A stretch of DNA of 61,262 nucleotides, filler included, from Sphacelaria rigidula (GCA_964200075.2; 5 parts of 5 records of this genome joined end to end with filler, not necessarily neighbours in it); one strand, 5' to 3'. Shown: positions 12,452 to 25,872, counted from the first letter of the whole stretch. The notes: generated by a model not told the origin, from the letters alone. Program-made: numbers and translations.

Positions 12452-14581
12452 TATGAAAAAATCAAACCAATATACCCTAAAATAAAGTGTCCTCAAAAAG
12501 CCGTGAACATTTCCGGGATAGTAACAGGAAATCAGAGGACCATCATTGAAACGATCATCATACCCTTCCATAACTATATCATGAATAAATAGTTCACTCT
12601 TTTCCGGACGTCCAGTTTGTTTCGGATCATTGGTAGAAAAACGAGCAAGCCCGCCAAGGCATTATATCACTCCGATAACCAATTTCATGCTAATCACTCG
12701 GCCCAGTCAATCAGCAAAAGCCAACAACGTACACAGCCGATTTCGTCGCGAAAAAGGTGGTTTCCCGCGAAAACCATACGTTAAAAAAAACAAAATACGC
12801 ATGATACGAACAAATCAACCCGGTTAACGTGAGTTACTTGTCGGTACATGTTTGTGAGAGCATCGACTTGCTAGGGACGTCTGGGTGATGATCCAGTCGT
12901 ACAGCACTTTTTTTTTCTCACACGACGAGATACGAAAACAACCGGCCGGTTTGTGAGGTCGAGTATCCGTACACGTCAAAAGAAACGTAATTGAGGCAAT
13001 ACAAAACCTTCGGGGCTACTACGTAGTTCCGAGGCGGATCGCCCAACACAAGTCTGAACCACGACAAATAAACGGGACAGAGAGGACCAACACAGTCCAC
13101 TCCCAACGATATTTGTCCGTTCGAACTAAAACGAGACTGGCACGAACACAAACTGGAGTAAAAACCACAGCCGGTCGTACTGTCACCTTACTTCGTCCAA
13201 TAATCCCTGACAAAAACAAAACACCACCGACCGATTTCATGGGCGAGGAACCACACCCAAAAAAACTGGTGTAAGCAGTGACCAGAAAAAAGCGAGTGAC
13301 GGACTCTGAGCCTGTAGGCTGTACCAATGGTCGAATATCGACATGGAGGAACGGTCTGGTCCTGGAGAGTAATCTATCCTATCATGATACGCAATGGCCC
13401 TGTATGAGGAGACGTTTGCAACCATATATTCCACTACTGCAATGACAATTCCTCAATCTCGTTACGTACAACGCGGCCAGTGGTGACCTCGTTGTAACTT
13501 ACTAATCACCAAAGTGTAAATCATCCGTTGCGTCGCATTACACGTGATCCTTTATATAAACGAGGTCGGTCGCTTGTGTGAAGGACTCGCAGAAAAAGTA
13601 GGCCAAGTATTCGAGACTCGAGGGTCAGGAACGTTGGAACACACATGGCGAATTTCCCGACATAGACGCAAAAATCAAACACCAAACCAAAAAAAAAACA
13701 ATACAAAACCAGGGGTACGCTGGGCAACAGCGAAAACAAAACATCAGAAACATGAAGCCGAAAAATAACACGTGGCGACTGTCCTTGTAAACGGGAGCGG
13801 TTATTGTGTGTACGAAGCTAGTAGGGTCAAAAGTTCCAGCCAAGAAGCTTAAAACATTTCGGACACTCGGCTTCGGTTACTATCGCCCATGGTAATATAA
13901 AATCCAACGTAGAACGTACACAAAAAAGAAGAAGACACGTCACGACCGATCCCGAAGAGGGAAGCGGTATTCGCGTACGTAGCGATTGAACAAGAGCGCA
14001 AATATTCCAGACGTGGGGGTCAGGTATGTCTAGCGCTCCCCCGGACACTCTCGACCAAAACAAACAAAGAAAACAAATTATGATAAACAAACAAGACAAA
14101 AGGTGCGTACAACGAAGAAAAATAAAGAAAGGAGCAACTCGCGGCAGCTGTTGTTCCAGAATATGAAATGGTCGGGACTACACGGCGCGGGGGACGAAGG
14201 TTCAAGTGTTCCAGACTTGGGGTCAGGAAAGTTTGTGGAACGGTCGTTACGTCATACTTCGCCATATGAACTAAAAAAAAAAACAGGAGAAGAGAAAAAA
14301 AATAAGACGAAAAAGAACACAACACGATACAAGATCAAGAACAAAACACAAATGCAGGGTCCAAGCCAACAAACAAAAATCCAAAAAGCAAATGGAAAAT
14401 ACGAAATACCAGATAGAAAATATAGCCACTACAAGTACGGGGCTGCAGTAGTACGGGAAAAAAAAAATGAAAGGGTAGGAGGGGAAACACATGGTTTTCC
14501 AACGACGCTACGGCGCACGATAAGCGACTCGAACATGTTACACTACGCGAGGTGAATGGGGAAGCAGACTCGGATGCGGCA

Positions 14582-16871
14582 TCATGAGTCTTCTGCACCC
14601 CAAACGGTGTCCGTGTTGCGTAGAACGGCCGTGTCGAGATCGCCTTGATCGTGTCGTTGGAGGCACCAGGATCCCCAGCGGGCGGTCGGCACCTCGGTGT
14701 AGTAGGCATCATCCAAGCGAATCTTAAGGGGGCTCAGATCATCGAGGGAGCGGAGAAAGTAGGAGCTGTCAGATACAGGGTCGACCAAATGAATCTTATC
14801 TAATCACCACAGTGAATCCAAGGCCTCATACCAAAAGTACGCCCCCTTCGGCAAGCGTTGTCCGTGAAAAGCCTCCAAGTATTGTGAACGCGAAAGAAGG
14901 CTAAAGCCTGATAAAACAAACCGCGCTGAGTGTTCGCGTGCCAGTTCCCGAGCGGCAGCTCCCTTGCGAATAGACCGATATCTCTTTTTCAACGGGCGGT
15001 TTTGGACAGCATCTCCTACCCAGTACAGCAAAGTTTTCCGACGAAAATGACGCGAATCAACTTCACGCTCCCATGTAACACGCATGATAACCTTTCAAGG
15101 GCAGGTCGGGTAGAGTATACTCAATTGCGGGGTATTTTGAAAGACGCACTTGAAATACTCAAATTAGGGTAGAGTTCGAGGAGTCATACCCAAAAAATAA
15201 CTGGGAAACGATCCCTAAACCCTACCCCCAGTTTGCTGACGTTAAGTGTGACTTTTAAATTACCCCGCAATTGAGTATACTCTACTCGACCTACCCTTGT
15301 AACCTTTCAATGCGTGTGGTACATTACTGCTATCTTACCACCACGACCGCGGACAAGTTGATGGCCCGAAATCCTATCTACCGCAACGCGTTCCAGGGGT
15401 GCGTCCGCATCCTCGACCGTCATACGATACGGCGGAGATTTGATCGCATACTTGGTCAACACATACTGGCTAAGCCCCAGCGGCAGTTGTTTGGGCATGT
15501 CCAAGGAGTCATGAGGGGGGATGCACGGTTTGCATCGTAGCATCGAGACGCGATTTTTCGGTTTCAAACCAGGTTTATCCGTGGAAAAATCTAAATACAA
15601 AAGTTTCGCCCCCACCGGACTCTTGTCGGGTGCGGGAGCGCTTGGACAAACAGCTATAATTTCCCAAGGGCCAGTCCAATTCAACGGTAGTTTCGCCTTC
15701 AACACTTTGTCCAAAGATGATGATCTTGAGCTAGCCCCTTGATTGGTGGTCTTTCCATCGTTATATACCCATGCCCATTGGCCCAAACCGGGCGGTTATG
15801 TACCACATCATCCAACATCGAGTTCGCCCGCCACCTTCGCCAAATTGATTTGGTTCTGTTCTCGCACCACTTCATATGCAAGACGAAGACGATTGCTAAC
15901 CGACAAATGATATTCTACAACATCACGATCCAGACTCTGATGTCCGCCTGTGTTTTCGCGTTCGAATACCGTTAAAGGTAACCCAGGCATGCGACCAATA
16001 TGAATTTTATTCGGTAACGATCCCGTAGCGGCATTGACTGAATTGTTATAGTACATTTGGACAAAGGGCAGATGCAGATCCCAGTCTATCTGTCTCTCAT
16101 TTGCCACAGCAGCAAGCATCTGTGCCCTTGTTAGTTCACTCGTTCCGTTCCACCATTGGTGGAAGGGTGATACGAACTAGTTAAAATAAGATGGGCACCC
16201 GAAAGATCACTGACGGTGGCTGAAAGTTTGCCTGAAAAATGCAGGCCGTTGTCAGACAGTAAGCGTTTGGGTACACCCCTCTGTGGGATGTACATGTATA
16301 GAAGAATGTTGGCGGTACCTTCCGCGTTATAGCCACTGGCAGGGACAGCGTGCACCACCGCATGTCGACTAAATCGATCTGTAAACAACAATATATACTT
16401 ATTACCACTATCCGTCAGGGGCAAAGGACCTAAATAGTCCCACGAAACTCCTTCACGAGGCCCGTTTGGGAGTGGCATGCAAACAATCGGCCGACGAACT
16501 GTTTGACGGGAAGTTTTTCGCGCCTGGCATGAAAGACAACGCCTCACCCACCAACGTACACGCTGATCCATACAAACCCACCAATAAAAACGTTGCAACA
16601 TCTGGGAGGTCCTAATGGCACCCAAATGAGTCGATGCCTGTGAATGGCATTCGTGTAGAACCCATGGGCGCAGGAGCATCGAGACATAGATGCGGATGGG
16701 TTCATCACCTAGCAAGCGGGCATGTCGACTTGTAGGCTTCCCCCTGGGGAGGGCTGCTGTGGGCCGGCGAACCAACAGAACTGTACCATCATCATCCGTA
16801 TGCAGCATACCTTTCCGCGCAAGTTCAGTAGCTTCATCCTGTGTGGGGGCTTTGAGGTTCCCGACGGGCAA
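14582..16871 (-). pseudogene. Gypsy integrase + GPY/F + chromodomain-like module + C-terminal extension
   Basis: HHCC (HECHSQASTHLG...CLSCQARK); DDE core WDYLGPLP / LLSDNG / NGGTERVN; WTGPWEI; VDRISGHQLVRGRGGKIAVMYHTH[W]KVIMRVTWERE. Broken by stops, frameshifts and a MITE. Confidence 0.92.
15096..15299. mobile_element. hAT-like MITE, 8-bp TSD TAACCTTT, inserted in the Gypsy chromodomain-like region
   Basis: ~39-bp TIR CAAGGGCAGGTCGGGTAGAGTATACTCAATTGCGGGGTA with a near-perfect inverse. TSD at 15088-15095 and 15300-15307. Excision rejoins the reading frame. Confidence 0.92.
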
Positions 16872-17749
16872 AAGGAATTGGGTTTTTGATAATGGACATG
16901 GGCAACCTTTGGATAGATGATGGATAGCTGATTCAGAAGCAGGTTCTGCCTGTCGTTCCCGGGCCCAATCGGCGTGGGAGAAGAGAGTCCAAAGTTCCCT
17001 GGATACGCCATCCGTTTAAGCGTCTAGTTCGCGTTGGGTTGGGTCAGGGCGGGGGTTCGGGGCGGGGGTGACACGAAGCGGTGATGTCGGAATCAAGGGT
17101 GAGCCTACCAGGTGGTGTATTCTCTGACGGAACTTTAACGCCCACTCCTGCGTCGATTAGCGTGGTGGGTGTTGTGATGGTGTTGTGAATCTCATCACCA
17201 AGGGAGGGGGGTACAGCCGTGGTTTCGGCTATGGTTGGCAAGGGCGGCACAGTCGGGGGATTTTCTGGGGGTTTTGCGTCGTGGAGGTTTTGGAGGCGAA
17301 AGGAAACTATCGGGGACCGGGGTGGGGGCAGGGAGGGAAAGGTCAGGACCAGACACGGCAAATTTGGTGGCTGTTTCGACGGTCCGCCGTCCACGAGTCC
17401 TACTCGAAATCAAATCTCGGACTTTAACTGGTGAGATGGAGTCAGCAAAGGACGGTTCTACACCTGCTGCGAAAACCATACGCTGGCCGGTTGCAAGAAA
17501 ATGATCATAGCCAAAAGTACTCGTAGACAGTCCATTCCAAACTGAGTACAACGGTTGAGGTTGCAACCTGCCCAGAACTGATGCGTGGGCTCTGGTCGTC
17601 AGCCCACCCATGCCTAGAGCCAGCGTTTCTCTCAGTGAAAGTGGTGTGTGGAGACCTTTATGTCCATTCCTGCTATTGAAATATACAATGTCTTCGGTGG
17701 AATCGGTGATACATCCCATGGGAGATTCATCGATAGGTTGAGCCGGTGT

Positions 17750-20130
17750 GGGCGAGCGTGACAGGAAGTCGGCGTTTGCATTTTGCGGGCCTGTGCGATA
17801 TTTCAACTGGAAATTGTAAGACGACAGGATTTCGAACCAGCGTTGTACCCTAGCGTTGTGTTCCGCCATTTTGGCGAGTTTTCCAAAGACTTATGATCCG
17901 TATAAATCACAACCGGGATGTCATATAAATACTGACGCAGACGTCACACGCCCCAAACAACTGCGCCGGCCTCTTGTTCGATGTCAGGCCAATTCTGTTC
18001 ATTTGGAAAAGTGGTGCGACTCAGATATACAATGGGACGAACAGTAGCATCGTCTTGCTCCTGTTCTAATGTGCAGCAAGCCCCAATTTTGGAAGAATCT
18101 GTGTGGAGACGAAAAGGGCGGGAACCATGTTCCGCTGCCGACCAGTCGGGGAAGACAAGAATCGGCGGGCGCGAAAGGGTGTCAAGAAGACGGCGGACGG
18201 TTTTCCATTTCCGATGTGAACACAAATGTTACCCCTTTTTTGACGAGGGTGATGAGGGGTTTTAGCGTTTGGGCAAGGTTTGACAAGTACTGTCTGTAGT
18301 AGCTTAGATCTCCCAACAAGGAATGCAGTTGAGAAATGTCTTGTGGCATGGGCATATCGGCGAGTGCGGCGATCTTGTTGAGGTTTGGGCGACGACCTTG
18401 GGGGGTGATGCAATGACCCAAGAACTCAATCTTCGTGGCGCCAATGCGGGATTTGGAGGGTGCGAGTTTCAAGTTGTGTTCTTCAAACCGATGAAAGAAT
18501 GATGCCAACTGTTGGACGTGTTCGGCCGGTGTGCAGTCGTGGCACACCGCATCATCACGATACATATGGCATTTGGGCAATCCATCAGTCACACGGAACA
18601 TTATACGTTAAAACGCACCTGGAGCTCCGGCGGCACCTTGTGGTGTAACCAGCCACTCGTACAAACCTGATGGCGTGCAAAACGCCGTCAGTTCAATGGA
18701 ATTCGGATCCATCACGAGTTGGTGGTAGTCGGACTGCATGTCAAAGTTCGAGAATACCTTACCCCCGCGAAGAGAGTCAATAATCTCATCAATCCGTGGA
18801 AGTGGCAGCGTGGCGATTTTGGTGACAGCGCTTAATCGTTGATATTTGACCGTCAGTCTGATTTTGCCATCCTTCATGCGGACGGCTACTAAAGGCGAGG
18901 CCCAGGGAGACGTCGAGTACCGAATCAAACCGACGGATAAGTAACCATCGAGAATTACTTGGATCTTATTCGCTAAGAGGGGGTTTGTACGGTACGGACG
19001 CATAGAAATAGGTGGAGTGCCATCAGGGATTTCGATCCTGAACGGTGTCGTGGTACATCGACCTAAATCTAAGGGTGCAGTAGAAAACCGTTCAGAGTAT
19101 CTAATCAAGATGGATCTCAATCTATCGATTACAGTAGGTGTCCAACCATCGCCGGATAGATCAAAAACAATATGCCGTAAATGCGGGGGGATATCATCCC
19201 ACAACTTTTGAAAACTGGCGCGTTGTGCTGCGGAAAATTTATCCAGTAATGCAGATGGGGGTTTAGGTTCAGGCGCATCTGGTGGATTTTTCACCACCAT
19301 GGGGTCAGGCATGTGTAGCGGAGGGGGGGGCGTAGTTTTCGGGGGGTCGGTTGACAAATTGGTTTCCGCATGGGGGCACACATCTGACAGGGCAGTTCGT
19401 AGGAGAGGCACTTGAGCATAACCCAACAACTGTCCGTTGAGTATGTCGAAACATGCAGGGGACGTGAGGTAAATGGCCTGCCGACCTTCATGAACAAAGA
19501 CGTCGGTCTGTTCAAACGGACCAACCTGTGGTTGGTCAGGTTTGAGCAAATCGACCAAATAATGTCCTGTGAGGGCGGGCGATCCATTGCGTCTCACGAG
19601 GTTCACATGGATAAGTTGGGGTTCACGAGAAAGCGAGACTACAGATTCACCAATATAGTACAGACGGCAAGCATTACCTGTATGCGTGGGGTCATCCTGG
19701 TAGGTATAAGCCCCCGAATCAGTGTCGAAGCGACCCAGGGATAGTTTGCTTGTAACTGGACGGTTTGGGACAGGTGCGTCCGACGTATACGTGTGTGTGG
19801 AAAAACGAAGCCAACTATCTCGACCCAACAAAACATCGAAAGACATGGAACTATCTGGCACAATCAGTGCCCATACGGATAACCGAGCAGTGGGAGAAGT
19901 GTCCTGGAAGAACTGTACATTGAGTATCACCGATTGATTAACCGTAAGAGATGTGGAGGAACCAAACCCGCCAAAAACACGAGGGTGCACCTTGGACAGA
20001 CAATGCTCGTCCGCAGCGCCCGCGTTGATCATCTGTCGCAGCAGCTGACTGTAATGAACGTTTGAGGCGAACCTGAGTCTGGTAGTGCAAGAGCTATCAA
20101 ATGACAGTTTGCACGCGCTCCACTATGCAA
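17750..20130 (-). pseudogene. Gypsy aspartic protease, reverse transcriptase and RNase H
   Basis: PR: ALPDSGSPQTFI...DVLLGRDSW. RT: STSPWASPLVAV, LPRIDEIID, FDMQSDYHQL, TAFCTPSGLYEW, PQG, YRDD (YxDD), FLGH. RNase H: FRLHTDSS, IVYLSR, EQEAGAVVW, NANADFLSR. Confidence 0.93.
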
Positions 20131-21327
20131 ACCTATCTTGGTCGTGAAAGAAGCATCATCCATAGTTGCAGTAACACTGACGAGATCGGGCCCGAATTCG
20201 GGTAAGACATCTGACACATTCTGCTTTGCGTTTTGAACGAAGGTGCTAAAATACACCCGTTGATGATCCTGTGGGACAAGCTTTTGGTCGGAAGGATGGT
20301 GCGTGCATGGAGTGTCAGTGTTTGTGCCTGAAATATTTTTCTCTATCAGTCGAGGGTTGAATCCCATATACTGCAACGGAGGGGCGATGCCGGGGAAGGG
20401 CAGTTGTCGTGGTTGGACCCGACAACTGATTTGTGCTTGGTTTTTCACCCTTATTGGCCAACAGAGAGGGCGGATCGTCATTGTGCAAAGCGGAATCAAT
20501 TACACTATTCAGCTTGGTCAGAACGGGGGGCGATTCATGGGTGCGCGGTGTTGAGTTTGATACGCCAATCAACTCAATACCGTCACTAGTTAGGGCCAAC
20601 ATGGGAGGTTTTGGAGACGATTCGTCAGGACGCGGGGTTGGTAGAGCTGTGCTGTCCAACCCGGCGTCTATTATAGGGGCCAACGTGGGCGAGTTAGGAG
20701 ACGAGTCATCTTGCGCAACACTTTGTCTGCCTGGTGACGAACACACGATTGGAGTGTCTTTATGACTACGATGCGAACGTCCATGAGTCCGCTAAGTCTC
20801 TCTCCCTACAGACGGCGACGCTTCATCGGAAATGGGTTCTAACGCAGTGCACGAGGGGTAGTCAGGGAGCACTAACGATCTGTTCGAAATCTGGGGAGTA
20901 CCTGCCTGTTCCACCGTAAGGTTTCCATCTGCTTGAGCCCACACGCAATTTCTTCCTTGGAGTTTACGTGCGCTTGCTATATCAGGGTTATCTACATGAT
21001 CATCTGGAGAAGCCCGCCTAGGGTGACGCGTATAGCGCCCGAAAGGGTCGGCGGCTCCAGGAGCTATTGAAATGAGTCCTCGGACAGTCGAACCTAGGTC
21101 ACGCTCTTGGCGCACCACCTGAGTCGCTGTCACTTGGGGTTCCATTCCAACCCGCTGAGCGACGGAAAGCATGGGTTCTTTGCGGTTGCGACCCTTCAAG
21201 GAATAATTACTCTCATCAAATAAAAGGGAACCGGGTACCGTAGTTTTGCGGAACTAGGTGGGGTGGTTAGCCGGGCACTCGAGCAGCTGGGGGGTGCTTG
21301 AGTGTGTGGCTTTGAACTTGGTATCTT

Positions 21328-24313
21328 CTAATGACCAGTTGAAGGGGCAGCGTCTACTGCACCAGAAGATATTTGGGCTCCGGACGCGTTAGAAACTGCA
21401 CTACATGACTTCCTCTCCCCCGAAGGGAAGGGATTCGATTGAATATGATTAGTACCTGGTGGATGTACAACTGGATGATCAGATCTAGAACTAAAACATG
21501 GGGTTTGGTCACTGCTCAATTGATAGCCATGCAATGGTGCACGGGCCTCGACTGTCTTGAAACTTTTCAAGGCCGTGTCAGCATATCCAGGAAACCCACA
21601 CCACATGGTTGAACCATCGGTGGCCGCCGTTGATTCACGTGTGTAATGTCTGTGACCTGGCCGAGCGAAAGAAAATTGTTGGGTACTTCTGCGGTGAGTT
21701 ACCAGCGAACGTCGATTCCTGATTGTGGAATTGTGCTGACGAATGAGGAATGAACGGCAATAAGAAGTAGAAAATGTAGGGGCAGGTGGTGGTGCCCAAA
21801 ATTTGGGTGTAATCCCTCTTCCTGTGTTACCCCAGTGTCTGCTGCTCGGAAACGCCGGAGTGTGAAAACCGTTCCCAGAAAGTGGTAAAGTTGTACGATG
21901 AGCGTCTGGTTTAGGTGGATGGAAGTCTTCCTGGCGGGGTTCACCCGGGGGGCTAGGTGCAATCATCAGTGGGCGTCGTCCATCTTGTGATTGCACCTGG
22001 CGGCGTGGTTGAGAGGTAGCCGGGTCAGTCTGTGTTAAACGTGGCGCAGCGTCAGCGGGCCTAGTCTGATAGTACGGTTGTTGGTACTGCGAGTTGTAAT
22101 AGCGGTTGCCGTTGCCTTGGTGACGATGTTCCCGTCTAGGACGATGTTGCTGACCGCGCCCGTCGCCGGATTGAGGGCGACGGTAAGAACGCATACGTGC
22201 TTGCCAAGTTGGCCAGCTTGATGCGTATTGAGGATCGTGAAACATGTTGTTCAAGACGCCGAATGCGTTCACGAATGGTGATTCACAGGTACGCATTGAA
22301 GGAATAGATGCGCGCCCGTCAGCGGAATACCTTGTCTGTCTATCGAACCATACCCCACAGTTCAGACACTTATCCTTACACTCGCGGATGAGCTCATTTC
22401 GTATGTGGGGTTCGATATCGTGGGCCCAAAGGGGGGGGTCATTGTTGTTCATCGACATGCTTACGTTGTATACCCCCGGCCCAATTCCATTGGCGAAGGG
22501 CCAGCTGGGGAATCGACTAGCAAACGCGTCGGGCGCCTGTACCTGTGCAGTTACCATGACCTCCCCGGTGGACGTCATAGATTCGGGCACCCATGGGATT
22601 TGACCCGATTTTCTGGTCGTTTGCGCTCGTATCGCAGAGGCAGCTGCAGGGGTAAAGGGCTCTTGACTATTGATCAGCGGGACATGCTGGCCGACACTCG
22701 CGGTTGCACCACCTTGTCTCATCCCAGTCGACTCTATGACCTGTGTACGATTTGTACGCAACCCATCTAGTCTACTCCACATCTCCTCGAGATCCGAAAA
22801 CGGAACGGCTGCAGTAGCTGTATCGCCCCCAAAAACACTGGGCATGAGACTGGGATACTGTCGACCCATACTGGAACGAAAGAGTGACATACCATCTCCT
22901 GAGTCGGAGCCAGTTCACGCCCACCATCAACGGTAACCGAAATCAATGAGCGAAAATCCTTGAGGTATTGATCGAAGGGGGTTTGTACCGGGACTTCAAA
23001 ACTGAGCAATCTCTCAATGGACTCCGCTTCATAGCTTGTGTCGAGCGACGAACTGAGCAGCCGGAGCAAAAGCGTAAACGCTTCGTTTCCGCTTGAGCCT
23101 TTGTTGAGGGCCCGCGACACTTGGTCGAAGTGGGCGTCGCACATTGACGTGATTTTCGACGATTCAAAGCGTTAAGCTCGATGGCTTGCTCTATCGCTCG
23201 ATGCAATGGGCGGGTCCACCCGCGGACCCACTCCCTGCTTTCCAGCCTTACAAAGTGCGGGTCGCACACGGCGAGGATATCGCGCAATACGTTTCTCAGC
23301 GAAGATATGAGCTGGCTACAATTGAGACTCGCATTGGACCCTGCAATGAACGGTAATCGGGGTTTGACCTTACCCACACTTTTGATGTTAAGTTCGAGGT
23401 AGGCGCGACGTGTACTTGGGGCGTCAGTGCGTGGTGTGTTGGTTGGTACAGGGAGCGGTTCGTCTACTTCTCCACACTGAGGGTTTGCAGTTGTGGGCGA
23501 TTTACCTTCCGTCTTGACTGTCACAAGAACCTGTTTCTTCTCGTTTCTTGTTGATTGACCTTCCTCCTTCTCCTTCAGGAGGGAGTGTCGTCGTTTTTCA
23601 ACAGTGGAAGACAGAGGTAAGAAATCGGACAAGGTGTGTGTTGAGGGGCGCTGTGATCGGGAGCGGTCATTGTCGGGGAACTGCTCCTGACTATCCGTAT
23701 CGCTTTCGTCGGCACTTGACGCATGTGATTTGATGGAAGCTGTCTATTTTGTGTGATCGCGTTCGTTTCTTGTGGGCGCCACTATCCTTGATCGTACCTT
23801 GTCCTTTTCCCGCCGTTTGCCACTCTGCCTCTTTTGCAGTGGTGTTTGTCCAGCTCGTGGCGCACTAGCCCCAAAACCCCAATCCCAATCATGATGCAAG
23901 TTGTCGACGTGGTGCGTGGGTTGTGGTGAGTACGAGTACACCGTTTTCCGTATTTCTTCAACGTCACGGAACATGGTAATGAGTGGCACGACGTGATCGT
24001 TTTGGACCTTTTTCGTCGTGTAGTCGAGGCAGGGTTGGGATTATACACACGTGACAACCCCCGCGAGTGTAGCTGTACTGAGGTTATTGGGGAACCAGAG
24101 AAGGAGGTATTTGGCCTTCTCTATGATTGGATCTGCGAGGTGGTGTGCTTGACATGTATAACGTACTAGCTCGGCGAGTTCGTCGAAGAAAGACGACAGG
24201 GCGGTAGCCGCCAAGTTTTGCACATCGCTCAAGTCCCATGTAGACTTACCAGGTTCTTCCAGCCGTAGTGGCGCACTTGCTGCTTTGTCGTGCGCCGTGC
24301 TCATTGCCGCCAT
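21328..24313 (-). pseudogene. Gypsy gag-like region of copy A (frameshifted)
   Basis: Collinear with the copy B ORF: RRAYLELNIKSVGKVKPR, FTLLLRLLSSS, TPFDQYLKDFR, QYPSLMPSVF, CKDKCLNCG. Frameshifts near 23150 and 22890. Confidence 0.8.
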
Positions 24314-24446
24314 CGCGTACGACGGGTTGGCGTGTGAGACTCGGATGTTGACTGGGGGGGGGAGGGGGGGGGGGGGGTGGGCGCGGGTGCCGGGAGAGGG
24401 AAGGGGGGTTGGGGGGGGGTTTGTTTTCGGGGCCGCGGAAAGGACC

Positions 24447-24546
24447 NNNNNNNNNNNNNNNNNNNNNNNNNNNNNNNNNNNNNNNNNNNNTTAATTAATT
24501 AANNNNNNNNNNNNNNNNNNNNNNNNNNNNNNNNNNNNNNNNNNNN
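24447..24546. other. Artificial linker
   Basis: N44-TTAATTAATTAA-N44. Confidence 0.98.
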
Positions 24547-25872
24547 GGATGCGTGGTCAATGGTCAGACGACTAAGGCAAGCAACAAACGAATACGCCCG
24601 CCCCCCCCCCTCCGCCTCTAGTTTATTGACGCTGCTGCTGCTGACTCTATATGGCGGGGCTGTAGCGGCGGGGCGGACTTCATCTCTTCTTGGCGAGAGT
24701 TAGGCAGATGTTATCGCTTATCGAATGTGACGGGAGTTTCCTCTGAACCAGGTGCGCAAACCAAGACGAACGGCCAAGTGTGAAAACGTAGGGACCACCG
24801 ACAGAACTTCGGAGCACAACTGGGCCGACGAGGGAGAAGGCGGTTGAAGAACGATGTCCTTGTCATCTTCCAAAATTGGCATGGGCGGGTTCTTAATATC
24901 GTAACCACGCCAAGTAAAAGGCTTAACAACAACAAGAACTCGCTGCAGAAAATATAGAGTGCAGCTGAGCCTTGGGAGCAGGGAGAGTCGGAGGCAGGAC
25001 GAGGTATGCCTGTGCTGGAAGAATAGAAGCGAGAGCTCGGACAGGACACCCGAGCCGGGCGGGAAAGCGTCTTGAAAAAGTATAATTGATATAGACTCTA
25101 TATATATGTGGCATGTGTGCAAACGCATTCCATGTGCCAAACTCGAGCGGGGAGAGGAACGACGGGTGGGAATTTTTTCCAATTTGAAACACCCGAGGCG
25201 GCACTTCAACAGAATGTCCAAACTGACGGCCGGACAGCCAACTATTAGAATTGAACCCGTACATTTGATGAGAAACTAGTGTGGACAGGCCTGAAAACGA
25301 AGGGAAAATGACTGGGGGCGAAATAAAAAAAAACTGTACCCCACGTACCCGTGCGTACAGTGGGCCGAGTGACAGGGACTCAAGGAGACGCAAGTGTTAG
25401 TCGCAGGCCGGGCAGTTTGGTGGCCACGGCAGAAGCTGTCTTTAGCAGGGACGAACGCGGGGAATCGGAGCAGGAATACCCGGAGAGTGTAGTGCTTCAC
25501 GGACACCACGAGCAATCTAGTACTATGAGCTTACTCAAGTATAAGCGGAGAAAGTGTGCCTTATACCTAAGGTGCATGGCCATGTCACATCTGCGATAAA
25601 AGTGATTCAATCTATTTACCCGCTGCACAGTTTTCACCTGTACATACCACGCACTATTTGCAACTCTGACGGGAGCAGTCAGTTACCGACCCGTATGACG
25701 GGTAAACCCGGACACGCAAGTTCCCCGCCCGTCTTGTCGCCGCGCTCTTGCTTATTGGGGACTGTATGCGTAAAGGAACATAGCATGGACATTTCTTTGC
25801 TCGGTTCAGACGAAATAATTCCGCAAAGGATGGGGGGGGGGGTTGGTCGCGGATCTCGCTTCAAGCCATAGA

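Larger units (their letters stand above)
12454..24446 (-). mobile_element. Degenerate Ty3/Gypsy LTR retrotransposon (copy A); neither end is in view
   Basis: Domain order gag-PR-RT-RNaseH-INT-chromo-like on the minus strand, with a long U-rich 3' region. Shares homology with 42270-46500. Confidence 0.93.

Noticed and set aside
12885..13060. Box C/D snoRNA (GTGATGA...CTGA, conserved in both Gypsy copies)
   Set aside because: The span is ~170 nt with an internal T-run, and no proper terminal stem forms in kink-turn geometry.
24650..25600. Short ORFs on both strands
   Set aside because: No recognisable domain and no consistent splice structure.
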